Source: an uncultured Gemmatimonadaceae bacterium
GTDB taxonomy: Bacteria; Gemmatimonadota; Gemmatimonadetes; Gemmatimonadales; Gemmatimonadaceae
NCBI GenBank assembly: GCA_963829055.1
Contig: CAWHHI010000012.1
Span: forward strand, 504,696 to 568,695
Direction: 5' to 3'
Length of the DNA stretch: 64,000 nt
Shown: piece after piece, positions 49,508 through 59,695 of the stretch
Numbering within the stretch: position 1 is the first letter of the stretch
How the letters are laid out: the number at the start of each line of letters is the position of its first letter
Notes under the pieces: model-generated
Told to the model about the DNA's origin: nothing
Seen by the model: only the letters and a program-made list of their open reading frames with translations
Database searches by the model: none
Position numbers and translations under genes: made by a program

Positions 49508-50470
49508 TCAGCCTTTTTGTCCGTGCATAACCTCGGCGCTCGGCGGGAGTCGTGGCGGCGAATCCGCTTCGAGTCGCGCGCATGCGACAGCGATCTCGCC
49601 CGCAAGGGTGGCATTCGCCTCGAGAAGCGCAATGTTCGCGGCCAGCGTGCGCCCCTCGGTTGCTCGCTCGACTGCCGTCAGTAGATAAGGCGTGACCGCT
49701 CCACCTCGCACGCCGTGGTTCTTCGCATCCTCCAGCGCCGTGTCCAGTGCGCGTTCGATCGTCGCTTTGCGCACCGCGTGCTCCGGTGGCGGTGGCTGCA
49801 TGACCACGATCGCCTGTGATCGACCGAGTGATCGGTGCACCGCGAACAGCCGCGCGATTTCTTCCGGCTCGGTGACCGTTGTGCCGAGCGGAATCGCCGT
49901 GTCGGCGAAGAAGAATCCCGGCATCTCCTTCGTCCTGTACCCGACGACGAGCACCCCGAGCGATTCGAGCCGCTCGGAAGTCGCGGACAGATCGAGGATC
50001 GACTTCGCGCCCGCGCACACGACGATGACCGGAGTGCGCGCGAGCTCGGCGAGATCGGCGGACTCGTCGAACTGTGCCTCGCGGTGCACGCCGCCAATTC
50101 CGCCCGTGGCGAACACGCGGATGGGAGACAGCGCCATCAACGACAGCGTCCCAGCAACGGTCGTCGCGCCGTCTCGACCGTTGAGCATCGCGACCGGGAT
50201 GTCGCGAGCACTCACTTTCATGACGCCGTCGCGCGCGAGGAAGCGGGCCATCACCTCATCACTGAGCCCGAACGTGGCGACGCCTGCGGCGACCGCCGAA
50301 ATCGCGGGGACCGCGCCGGCGCGCTCGACAGCCGCCGTCATTCGACGAGCGGCTTCTGCGTTGGCGGGAATGGGCAGCCCCTGCGCGAAGACGGAGCTTT
50401 CGAGCGCGACGATCGGTCGGCTCTGCGCGATGGCTTCGGCCACCACAGGCGAGAAGCGGACTGCCTGCAC
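49508..50470 (-). CDS. psuG: Pseudouridine-5'-phosphate glycosidase
   Basis: VALESS; GATTVAGT; FATGGIGGVHR; ESADL; GAKSILD; VTPYLL. Confidence 0.93.
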   Translation of the reverse strand: MQAVRFSPVVAEAIAQSRPIVALESSVFAQGLPIPANAEAARRMTAAVERAGAVPAISAVAAGVATFGLSDEVMARFLARDGVMKVSARDIPVAMLNGRDGATTVAGTLSLMALSPIRVFATGGIGGVHREAQFDESADLAELARTPVIVVCAGAKSILDLSATSERLESLGVLVVGYRTKEMPGFFFADTAIPLGTTVTEPEEIARLFAVHRSLGRSQAIVVMQPPPPEHAVRKATIERALDTALEDAKNHGVRGGAVTPYLLTAVERATEGRTLAANIALLEANATLAGEIAVACARLEADSPPRLPPSAEVMHGQKG

Positions 50471-50586
50471 GGGATGTGGGATTCGAGGAGACCGGAAAAC
50501 CCGAGTGACGCAACCAGCACCAAACGCGACGACCGAGTCGTTATCTCCCCTGCGTGCTCCTACGTCAAGTCACATCGCAGGCGCCG

Positions 50587-51204
50587 CTACTTCGAGGCAT
50601 CTATCCGTGTGGCTTCGACGATCAACCGCTCGGGCGCCGGACCGAAATATCGAATAGGCCAGCACGTCGTGAGCGTCAGCAGCGGCGTCGTGCTCGTGTG
50701 CAGAGCCGCCGCCTCAGCGTCGACCACCCGGAGCTTCGCGACGGTCCACGTTACAGTTCCCCGGTCGCTCTCCGTGATGATCGTGTCGCCGACGACGATC
50801 CGCCCAAGCGGATAGAAATGGCGGTCTCGATGAGCCGAGATCACGGCGTTGCCGGAGTCTCCGGGTAGAGCGCTGCCGGTCATGTGACCTGGGCCAGCAC
50901 GCAGGTCGTCGTCGCTCACGCCCTCTACGACGACTTCGTCGAGCCGGAGGCGCGGGATGACGATTCGCGCGACGGGTGTGCCGCGTGCGGTAGACCAGCC
51001 GCCCGCGCCGTCGACTCGCGCGCGCGCGGCCGTCACGGCTCTTCCTGCTTCCATTTCCTCCCAGCGGGACCGTGCCGCATCACGGGCGATCGCGGCACGC
51101 GCGATCGACGCCGCCGAACCAACAAGCACCAGCGCCCCACCCGCGATGAGCAGTGTGCTGGCTGCTCGTCGCGAGCGAAGTCGCGCTCGCCCGCCTTCGA
51201 TCAT
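50587..51204 (-). CDS. Sortase (class D-like)
   Basis: N-terminal TM; PGDSGNAVISAHRD (His); LTLTTCWP (Cys); PERL (Arg). Confidence 0.92.
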   Translation of the reverse strand: MIEGGRARLRSRRAASTLLIAGGALVLVGSAASIARAAIARDAARSRWEEMEAGRAVTAARARVDGAGGWSTARGTPVARIVIPRLRLDEVVVEGVSDDDLRAGPGHMTGSALPGDSGNAVISAHRDRHFYPLGRIVVGDTIITESDRGTVTWTVAKLRVVDAEAAALHTSTTPLLTLTTCWPIRYFGPAPERLIVEATRIDASK

Positions 51205-51693
51205 CGACGTGAGCGTCGAGCCGCCGCCGGTGTGGGCCGACGCCGCAGCAGCGCGCCTGCGAGCACCATGAGGGCGCCGAGGAAAGCGAGAGTCGGAACA
51301 GGTGTGCCCGTGTCAGGCGCACGCGCCCCATCGCGGAACTCTGTCGCCGTGACCGGCGAACGGCCCGACGTCGCTGTCGCAGAATCGCTCCGCTGCGTGC
51401 GCGGGTTGCGTCGACCGACGGGTCGCGGCTGCAGTATCGCTCGCCGGCACCGTACCAGTGTCCGGACGGATGGCGAGCGATGCCGCCGCGGAGTCCACCC
51501 ACTCCTTCATGCCGGTCATTGTGATGCGCGCGATGCTGTCCTGCGCGACTTCCTCGCGGCGTGCAGCCGCCTGCTGCGCAGCCACGGTCGTGCGCTTCGG
51601 CGTCTCGATGACGGTCGTGATCTGCGCTTCAGCCGTCGCTGCTCCAAAAACCACAATCGCGGCAAACGTCCCGCGTCCAAGCCATGTCCTCAC
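51201..51693 (-). CDS. Putative sortase substrate: signal peptide plus C-terminal APDTG sorting signal (one frameshift near 51400)
   Basis: N-terminus MRTWLGRGTFAAIVVFGAATAEA; other frame ends ...DGARAPDTGTPVPTLAFLGALMVLAGALLRRRPTPAAARRSRR*; ATGA-coupled to the sortase. Confidence 0.75.
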
Positions 51694-51745
51694 GGTGCCT
51701 CCCGGATACCCTTCCTACCCCTAGGCGCACGACGCGTGCCCGTGG

Positions 51746-52230
51746 TCAGACCCGGCCTTTACTCGCCAAAGCCGCGGCGCCCACAGCCGCCTCACACACC
51801 TGCCGCACCACGTCCGCCCTGGTCATGAGTCCGGCGACCTTGGACCGGGCGCCACTGACCAGCAAACGGTAGCTGACGGCCTGCTCCGTGACGAGCCCTT
51901 CGATGGCGATCGACTCGCGTCCCTCGCGGTCTATCAGGAACGGCGCACGATACTCCGCTCGTTGCGTAGCGTCACTGGCACGCGCGAGCGACAGCAACCG
52001 GGCCGTGCCGCCGGCCCAGGCCGCCAGCGCATTGGGGTCGACGACGTAGATGTCCCGGCTGCCGTCCGCCGCGACGACGAGCCTCGCGGCGCCGGGCGCG
52101 GCGGTAAGCTCGATCTGCAGAGCACCGATGATGAAGCAGGCGGTCTGCGGTTGCGCGCCCGCAGGAACCGCGGCTGGCGGCGGGTGCACGTGGGATCCGG
52201 AGCGTGAGCGATCGTCATCGACCACGGGTC
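51746..52230 (-). CDS. Hypothetical protein (start uncertain)
   Basis: ORF 51746-52285 with protein-like C-terminal two-thirds. Confidence 0.5.
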
Positions 52231-52248
52231 GTTCTCCAGGGCAGCGGG

Positions 52249-52520
52249 TCAGGGCGTCGATCTGGGAGCCGGCGCTGGCCCCCATGCCTTGACGATTGCT
52301 TCTCCCATTCGTGCCATCGTGACCTGCGGCTCGGTATCGATCACCCAGCGTTGGTCGACGTTCTCCTGGAGCATCTGCATGTCTTCGTTGTGCTCGAGGA
52401 TCGCGAGCATCGACGAGTCGGCGGCTGGACTCACGGCGCGTCCGCGCGCGAGAAGCTCGAACAGCCCGGCCATCTCGTTAGGCGTCGTGACGCCGAGCCC
52501 GTAGCCAGTCGATGCCCGAT
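52249..52520 (-). pseudogene. Remnant of a class A beta-lactamase-like serine hydrolase
   Basis: YGLGVTTPNEMAGLFELLARGRAVSPAADSSMLAIL... only; no SxxK region and no KTG segment. Confidence 0.55.
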
Positions 52521-52530
52521 CATCGACCGC

Positions 52531-52764
52531 TCATCCGGTCGCGTCTTCGAACTGCTCCGCGCGTAGCGTGTCGATTTTCTCCCATTCCTTCGCCGTCGGA
52601 TCGTAGACGACGAGAATCTTGATGCGCTCACCGACATAGCAGTCGAACGACTTCGTCTGCCCCTTGTCGAGGTGAATCTCGTGGCCGTCCTCGAAACGCA
52701 GAACGACGCGCGGGTACTCCTTGTTCGAGTACTGCTTGCGGACCTTCTCGGCTTTTGGCGGCAT
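52531..52764 (-). CDS. Small hypothetical protein
   Basis: MPPKAEKVRKQYSNKEYPRVVLRFEDG...; typical codon usage. Confidence 0.7.
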   Translation of the reverse strand: MPPKAEKVRKQYSNKEYPRVVLRFEDGHEIHLDKGQTKSFDCYVGERIKILVVYDPTAKEWEKIDTLRAEQFEDATG

Positions 52765-52834
52765 CGGGAATGGTGTTCGGGTGATCAGGGAGTCGAGGCC
52801 GAAACGGCGGTCAAAACGCAGGTCCAATCGAGCT

Positions 52835-54025
52835 TCACGTCACGACCGATCTTCGCTCGCCGAACTGCTGCCAGGCATTCGTCGCCAGCGCTTCATCGAC
52901 GGCGGCAACGGCGCGTTCGAGCTCGGCATCGCTCGTGTAGAAGTGCGGCGCAATGCGAATGCCCGCGTTCGGTCGATAGTCCACAATGATATCGCGAGAG
53001 AGCAAGAACTGCGCGACCTCGTACGCGTGAGGCACATCGAACGCGACTGTACCGCCACGCCGTGCCGCGTCCCGCGGCGCATTGACCGGGTAGCCGCGCT
53101 CGTCGGCCAGCTCGATGAGTCGCGTCGTCTGTCGCATGCTCTTGGCGCGAATAGCGTCGATGCCTGCGCGTCGCACCAGCTTCGGGCCCTCGGTCGCCGC
53201 GTACAACGCCGGGATCACGGGCGTGCCCGACAGCCAACGCGCCACGCCATCGGCGTAGTCCATCTCGCCTTCGAAGCCGAACGGGCGACGATGCGCCTGC
53301 CAGCCCGTGAGCGCCGGCGCGTACCGCGCGCTCGCGTCAGGCGACGCGTACAGAAAACAGCCGCCAGGACCACCGCATAGCCACTTCAGCACGCCACCCG
53401 TGAGGAAATCCACGCCGCTCTGTTTCACGTCGACGGGAATGACCCCGACGGAGTGGAACGCATCGAGCGACACGAGCGCGCCGACGTCGTGCGCGTGACG
53501 ACAGATGCGATCGACGTCCATGATGTACGCCGACCGAAAGAGCACGTGCGAGATCGCCACGAGCGCCGTACGCTCATCGACGGCCGCGAGCAATCGATCC
53601 TCGTCGATCGACACGCCGTCGTCCGATGGTACGACGATGACCTTCGCACCGAGCCTCGGCGCGAGCTGATCATACACGTAGCGCACCGAAGGAAAGTCGA
53701 GGTCCGTCATCACAATGCGATCGCGCGGCGCGGAATAGTCGAGCGCCGAGATGACCGCGGCCTGTCCGAGCGAGACGTTCGGCACCATCGCGACTTCACC
53801 GCGTGAGGCACCGAGGAGCGGCGCGATCTCGCCCGCCACATCGATCGGCATCTCCCACCACCCATTGGCCCACGCACGCACGCCGAGCTCCGCCCACGTG
53901 TCGACATACTCGGCGAGCCGGTCCGCAACGGTGCGCGGCATCGCACCGAGCGAATGCGACACGAGGTAGGTCGTTCGCTCGAGGATGGGAAACTCGGACC
54001 GAAAGGCGAGCAGTGGATCGGTCAC
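52835..54025 (-). CDS. kynU: PLP-dependent class V aminotransferase, kynureninase-like
   Basis: YLVSHSLGAMP; FPS; LDAFHSVG; GGVLKWLCGGPG. Confidence 0.7.
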   Translation of the reverse strand: MTDPLLAFRSEFPILERTTYLVSHSLGAMPRTVADRLAEYVDTWAELGVRAWANGWWEMPIDVAGEIAPLLGASRGEVAMVPNVSLGQAAVISALDYSAPRDRIVMTDLDFPSVRYVYDQLAPRLGAKVIVVPSDDGVSIDEDRLLAAVDERTALVAISHVLFRSAYIMDVDRICRHAHDVGALVSLDAFHSVGVIPVDVKQSGVDFLTGGVLKWLCGGPGGCFLYASPDASARYAPALTGWQAHRRPFGFEGEMDYADGVARWLSGTPVIPALYAATEGPKLVRRAGIDAIRAKSMRQTTRLIELADERGYPVNAPRDAARRGGTVAFDVPHAYEVAQFLLSRDIIVDYRPNAGIRIAPHFYTSDAELERAVAAVDEALATNAWQQFGERRSVVT

Positions 54026-54051
54026 GGATATCGCTCGGTGATCCTCGGTGA

Positions 54052-55374
54052 TCAGGAGACGGGGCTGGCGATCGCGGCGCGACGTCGCCGCGTGACGACA
54101 AATACCGCCGACGCGATGACGAGCACGATGACGAGCACGCGCCATTCCGGGAGCGTGATGGACGACAGCAGTCCAATGATCATGGCGCACGAGAGCAGCG
54201 GCACCACACCCGCTCCGGGTACACGAAATGGAATGCCGCCAGCGCGCACATCGCGGCGGCGAAGCTGCCACGCCGCCAACGAGCAGCCGAGGTAGACGAG
54301 CAACGCGGCCACGTTGGCGATGATCGCGAGTGGACCGAACGCGCTCGTGATGGCAAGCGTGCAGGCGATCGCCGTCTGCACCGCGATGGAGATGTGCGGC
54401 GTGCGGAATCGCGGATGCACCGACGCGATCGCGGCCGGAAGGAATCCGTCTCGGCCGAACGCGTACAGGGCGCGGGGAATCGCCAGCGTCATTCCGCTCA
54501 GATAGCCGAACGTCGAGATGACGACAGCGCTGAGCAGGAGAATGCGTCCCCACGGTCCGAGCACCGCGCCCGCCGCATCGGCGAGCGGCGTGGTCGATGT
54601 CGCGAGCGCCGATCCGAGCACGCCCTGCGCCACCAGCTGGATCGCGATGTAGAGGAACGTGATGGTCAGCATCGCGACGAATATCGCGCGCGGGACCGTG
54701 CGCGCCGGATCCTTCACCTCCCCACTCGGCACGAGCGCGCTCTCGACACCACTGAACGCGAAGATGAGCACGATCGACGCGCGGGTGACATCGCCTATCG
54801 CAGGGGCCGTCGCGATTGCCAGATTCGATCGGTCGACGAAGAACACGCCGCAGACGACGAGCAGTATGAGCGGCAGGAGCTTCGCGACCGTGGCGATGCC
54901 GTTGAGCCGACTGCCCTGCTTCACGCCCAGAATGTTGACGGTGGCGACGGTCGCGAACGTCGCGATGAGCAGGAGCGCGCGCATTGTCGGCTGCTCGAAC
55001 ACCGGGAACAGCTTTGCGGCGTTCGTCGCGTACACCGTGCTCACCGCCGCGACGGCGGTCGTTCCGAGCAACCAGATCAGCACGCCGGTGAGAAAGCCTA
55101 CATACGGCCCGAACGCCAACTCGACGTAGGCGTAGGGCCCACCGGTCAGCGAGACTCGACTGCCGGCCTCGGCAAAGCAGAGCACGATGAGACCCATCGC
55201 GATCGCGCAGACGACGTACGCGAGCGGTGCGGCAGCGCCGAGCGCGCCTGCGACGTCGGCGGGGAGGCGGAAGATGCCGCCGCCCACTGTGACGTTGATG
55301 ACGCCGGCAGCGAGGGCCCAGGTGCCGATGGCGCGGACGAGCGATCGCTCGGACGCAGGAGCGGGAGCCGTCAT
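54052..55374 (-). CDS. APC-family amino acid permease
   Basis: VGGGIF; GGPYAYV; FAFSGVE; GEVKDP. Confidence 0.92.
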   Translation of the reverse strand: MTAPAPASERSLVRAIGTWALAAGVINVTVGGGIFRLPADVAGALGAAAPLAYVVCAIAMGLIVLCFAEAGSRVSLTGGPYAYVELAFGPYVGFLTGVLIWLLGTTAVAAVSTVYATNAAKLFPVFEQPTMRALLLIATFATVATVNILGVKQGSRLNGIATVAKLLPLILLVVCGVFFVDRSNLAIATAPAIGDVTRASIVLIFAFSGVESALVPSGEVKDPARTVPRAIFVAMLTITFLYIAIQLVAQGVLGSALATSTTPLADAAGAVLGPWGRILLLSAVVISTFGYLSGMTLAIPRALYAFGRDGFLPAAIASVHPRFRTPHISIAVQTAIACTLAITSAFGPLAIIANVAALLVYLGCSLAAWQLRRRDVRAGGIPFRVPGAGVVPLLSCAMIIGLLSSITLPEWRVLVIVLVIASAVFVVTRRRRAAIASPVS

Positions 55375-55627
55375 TGCGCGAGCGTGTGCCAGCCCGAGGG
55401 GCACTCGGCTGGGAACGGTAAACGCGTTCGAAGCATCACGATGTCTGAAGGGGCTGCCGCCGGACGCGCCGAGGTCCGCGTCTCGTGTAGCGGCGGCGAG
55501 AAACCTATCATGCCATCGGGAGTCCCCACTAGGGACGTGCCACGCGGTTTATCAGCCGGATAGCTCGTGGCCCAATTCTTCCCTCGTGCAGCGATACCAC
55601 CTACTTCTACGCCCTGGAGGCAAGTCG

Positions 55628-56078
55628 ATGAACGTGCATCATGTGCGGTTCTGTGCTGCGGCGGTGTTTGCCGCGCTCGTGTCGGGTGCAGCCCCACTCG
55701 CCGCGCAATCGGCGACGCAGGCTGACGCACGCGACGCGTTGCCTGCGCTTACCGCCATCGGCATAGTGCCAACTTCACTCGACTCCGTGACCGCGGTGGC
55801 CGCGCAGCCGGCGGCGGACGCATCAAGCGCTTCGACCGCGGTCGTCGCTCGTGGGCCCAGCGTCGCGAGTGCGCGCGTCGCGTCGCACGCGATCAGCACA
55901 TCGCGTGGCGCGCCGCCGGTCATTCAGAACAAGTCCAACAAGAACTCGGTCGCGCTCATGATCGTCGGTGGCGCCGCACTCGTGGTCGGCGCGGTCATCG
56001 GCGGCGACCCGGGAACGCTCGTGATGCTCGGGGGCGCTGGAGATCGGTCTGTACGGCCTGTATCTCTTCCTGACGTGA
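55628..56078 (+). CDS. Hypothetical secreted/membrane protein (C-terminal frameshift)
   Basis: GGAGG RBS, signal peptide, Gly-rich C-terminal TM hairpin (ALMIVGGAALVVGAVIGG...IGLYGLYLFLT). Confidence 0.65.
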
Positions 56079-56106
56079 TGCTCGGCACCGCGTGACTGTG
56101 GTGTAT

Positions 56107-56140
56107 AGCCGGGCGACCTGGTCGCCCGGCTTTTTCTTTG
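56107..56140 (+). terminator. Intrinsic terminator
   Basis: agccgggcgacc-t-ggtcgcccggct followed by ttttcttt. Confidence 0.8.
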
Positions 56141-56235
56141 CGTTTGGTCACGGTAGCGGTGACGGCGGACGCGACATGCCGGTCTTTCTGCAAGGAATCA
56201 CCGCGAGCATTTGGGGTACAATGCAATGCGGCCTG

Positions 56236-57374
56236 TGACCCACGGCATCAGGCACGACGCGACGCGTAGCGGAGACAAGCCTTTGGAGCAGCATCGGCGC
56301 ATCGCCCTCGTTCTCGGGGGCGGCGGCATGAAGGGATTCGCGCACATCGGAGTGTTGCGTGCGCTCGAGGAGGCCGGCGTGAGACCCACGTGCTTCGCCG
56401 GCACCAGCATCGGCGCATTGATCGCGGCCGCGTTCGTCGGCGGCATGTCGCTCGATGAGATGGAGCGGCGCGCACTCTCGCTTCGTCGACGCGACCTGTT
56501 CCGGATCAACCACGTCGGCATGCTGCTCGAGCGCATGCGGTCTCCGTCCATCTATCTCGAGGAACCGTTGCGCGCGTTGTGCTCGAACGCCATTCCGACG
56601 GGAACGTTCGATGAATTGTCGACTCCACTCCTCGTCAACACCGTTGATGTCGAGCGAGGCACGCAGGTCGTCTGGGGGTTGCCGGGACTTCGTGACGTGC
56701 GCGTCGACGATGCGGTGTACGCGTCATGCGCGCTGCCAGGCTTCTTCCCGCCGGGGCGGGTGGATGGTCGGCTGTGCATCGATGGCGGCACGATCGACAA
56801 CCTGCCCGTCGGCATCGCGGCGCGACACGCCGACGCGGTCATCGCCGTGGACGTTGGGTCGAGCGACCTCTCGCACAACTCCGACTCCGCGGCCCAGGGC
56901 TTCGCCGCGACCTACATGCGCGCTGCCACCACGATGATGCACGCGCTGCAGTTGGCGCCGCTGCGCGAGTGGAGTGGCCCGCCGATGTTTCTCATCCGGC
57001 CGCGCCTCGGTCACGTCGGATGGCTCAGCTTCTCGCACACGCCCGACGTCATCGCAGAGGGATACCGGGCGGCGCGCGAGGCGCTCAAGGAGCTGCCGGA
57101 GTGCCTGGCCGCAAAGGGCGGCGTTTTCCCTCGTGCACCGTATCGGCTCGCGGTCGATCGCGACCTGTGCACGGGCTGCGGCTTCTGCGCCGCGATCGCG
57201 CCGGAGGCGATGGCGATGGATGCCCGCGGCAAGGCGTACCCGAAATCGGAGATCGTCGACTGGTGTTCGGCGGACGGCGACTTCGTGCGTCACTGTCCGA
57301 CGGACGCGATCAGTGCGACGCGCCTAACGACTGCAGTCGACGAGCAGCCCATCCCGCAGAAAGAAGTAGCGTAG
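56236..57374 (+). CDS. Patatin-like phospholipase with C-terminal ferredoxin domain
   Basis: GGGGMKG, GTSIG, DGG; C-terminal CTGCGFC...HCPTDAI. Confidence 0.88.
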
Positions 57375-57379
57375 AGCCA

Positions 57380-58447
57380 TCAGCCATCAGCCATCACCGC
57401 TGACGGCGCGCTCATGGCCCGCTCGATCAGCTCTCTGCCGATCCGCTCGTACGTGTCGACGGCGTTATGCAGCTCGGCGATGTCGATGAACTCGTCGTCC
57501 GTGTGTGCGACGTGGATCGAGCCGGGGCCGAACAGGTACGGCGTGCCCCACGCCGGCAGCGCCGGAATGTCCGTCGCGAACGCGACGACCGACGTCTCGA
57601 TGCCCGGAATGGTCCCGAGGCGCACCGACGGAATGCTCACGCCCACGTCGACCGCCGCACGATCGCCGATCCATCGACGCACCGCCGTCACCACATCCTC
57701 CACTGGCCCGACCAGGCGCGCCATCAGTCGCGCCTCGGCTGCGGGGGCGACAACGTTGTCGGCCACACCGCCCGACAGCATGCCGATGTTGATCGTCGTG
57801 TTCCCGAGCACCGGATCGATTGGCAGGTCGACGCTCTCAATCTCCGCGAGCAGCCGTACGAGGCCCAGCGTCGCCGACTGACCGAGATGCGGGTAGGCCG
57901 AGTGCGCGGCGCGTCCCGCGGTGCGGACGGTCATGCGAACGGCGCCCTTGGTTCCAAGCGCGAGCGTGCTCTCGGTTGGTTCGCCGTTGATGAGCGCACG
58001 GCTCGTCGCGGGCACGAGCCCGCGCTTGTACGCATCGTTCGCGGCGTGCGCGCCGTCGTGACACGTTTCTTCGCCCACCACGAACAACAGCGCCACTGGC
58101 AGCTTCGCGTCTCGCAACCGCTCGGCCGCGCAGATCATCGCCGCCGCGATGCCCTTCGCGTCGCAGGCGCCTCGGCCCGTGATGCGGTCGGCGGTCCGAC
58201 CCGGCGCGATGTAGGGCGGCACCGTATCGAGATGGGTCGACAGCGTGACGAGCGGAGCATCGCTCGCCGTCGCGAGGATGTCGTCTCGCCCGGGTGAGAC
58301 CGGAATGCGCTGCGTGGTCCAGCCGCGGCCGGCGAGCAGCTGCTCGACGAACGTGATGACCTCGCCCTCATGGCCACTCGTGGACTCGATCCGCATGAGA
58401 TCGAGCGTGATCTCGACGACGTCGGGAGGCGTCTGCATGGGGTGCAA
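57380..58447 (-). CDS. M20-family metallohydrolase (ArgE/DapE-like)
   Basis: THLDTVP; GRGACDAKG; GEE; GEPT; AHTDDE. Confidence 0.9.
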   Translation of the reverse strand: MHPMQTPPDVVEITLDLMRIESTSGHEGEVITFVEQLLAGRGWTTQRIPVSPGRDDILATASDAPLVTLSTHLDTVPPYIAPGRTADRITGRGACDAKGIAAAMICAAERLRDAKLPVALLFVVGEETCHDGAHAANDAYKRGLVPATSRALINGEPTESTLALGTKGAVRMTVRTAGRAAHSAYPHLGQSATLGLVRLLAEIESVDLPIDPVLGNTTINIGMLSGGVADNVVAPAAEARLMARLVGPVEDVVTAVRRWIGDRAAVDVGVSIPSVRLGTIPGIETSVVAFATDIPALPAWGTPYLFGPGSIHVAHTDDEFIDIAELHNAVDTYERIGRELIERAMSAPSAVMADG

Positions 58448-58612
58448 AGCTAGCCGCGCGGAGGCGCGGCACGCGAGTCGGCCGCCAGGGCCTGTGTCGC
58501 AGACGGCTGCGCGACGGTGACCCTGCTCACGCCGTTAGGCAGTCGGGCACCGCTCGCCGTCGGTAGGGCACGTGCGTCGTGACGCAGAAGCGGGCGCAGC
58601 GGTCCTTGGGCA

Positions 58613-59515
58613 ATGCTGCGATTCCCGCGCCACTTGGCCCATGCGCTCAGCCTCGTTCTCACGATCGTGGCAGTGCGGCCGGCATCGGCGCAGGGGCTCG
58701 AGCGCGACCAAGCTGCTCATGTTCGGTACCTCGCGCTGAACGTCGCCATCGGGACGACCGCGTCGATCGCACGCGCGGTCGTCTCAGGCCGGCCGCTACG
58801 CTCGGCTCTCGTGACCGGAGTGTTCGGCGGCTCGTTGATGAGCGCCGGCATGGAGCTCATCGGCACCGAATCACCGCCAGTCCGCTTCGCCGGACTTCAG
58901 CTCACGGCGGTGGGGGCAAGCGTGGCGCGTAACGCCGCCAGCGGGGCGCCGATGCTGTCCGACATCACACTACCGATCTACCCGTTGTACGTGCGCGTGC
59001 GGCCGGGCACGTCGACACCCATCACCGCGCGCGTGTCCGTGATGACAGCGACGCGCCTCGCCACGCTGCTCACCGCCGGCGGGCATCCGACCGTCGACTG
59101 GCGCGCCACGGTGGCGACAGGCGCGCCTGTTCTGCGGTCCCCGCGCTGGCGATTGCCATCCGAGAGCTGTCCCCCGCCCTGCGAAGGATCATTCGCGCAG
59201 CATAACGCCGGCGTCATCGTCTATTCGTCGAGCGCGGGCACGGACTACGATCTGCGTCGCACCCTCGCGCACGAAAGCCTTCATCTCGCACAGCAGACGC
59301 GCGACGCGCTGCTCGACGCGATCCCGGCGAGCGACGCGGCGCTCGGCCGCCTGGGTACGAGCGGTCGATTCGTCTCGCGCTTCTTCGTCCTTGACGTCCT
59401 CATGCCACTGCGCGCTGTGGACGAGGGTGAAGCACGCATTCGAGGTGCGCCGCGCCGCAATTCGTGGTATGAGACCGAAGCCAGGGCATTCGCGCCCGGC
59501 GGCGCGCTCCGCTGA
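58613..59515 (+). CDS. Hypothetical secreted/membrane protein with HExxH
   Basis: Signal peptide ASA; LAHESLHLAQ...WYETEA. Confidence 0.6.
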   Translation: MLRFPRHLAHALSLVLTIVAVRPASAQGLERDQAAHVRYLALNVAIGTTASIARAVVSGRPLRSALVTGVFGGSLMSAGMELIGTESPPVRFAGLQLTAVGASVARNAASGAPMLSDITLPIYPLYVRVRPGTSTPITARVSVMTATRLATLLTAGGHPTVDWRATVATGAPVLRSPRWRLPSESCPPPCEGSFAQHNAGVIVYSSSAGTDYDLRRTLAHESLHLAQQTRDALLDAIPASDAALGRLGTSGRFVSRFFVLDVLMPLRAVDEGEARIRGAPRRNSWYETEARAFAPGGALR

Positions 59516-59695
59516 TGCCAGTTCGTCGAAGCTCAGCGTTCGGATAGCAAACACGGTGTCCGCGCCCGCTCCCGACACCACATCGACATTGTAGATTGGG
59601 GTAGCCTGTCGCGGCCGAGTTGCCTGCGGCAGTGGCTCCGTGATCCCTCGCGCCCGCGATCCTAGACGACCGGGCGCACAGCGAGAGACGATCCC

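Noticed and set aside
56236..57374. Patatin as a CBASS CapV-type effector, given the cGAMP-type riboswitch
   Set aside because: No CD-NTase or other defence genes nearby; the context is housekeeping.
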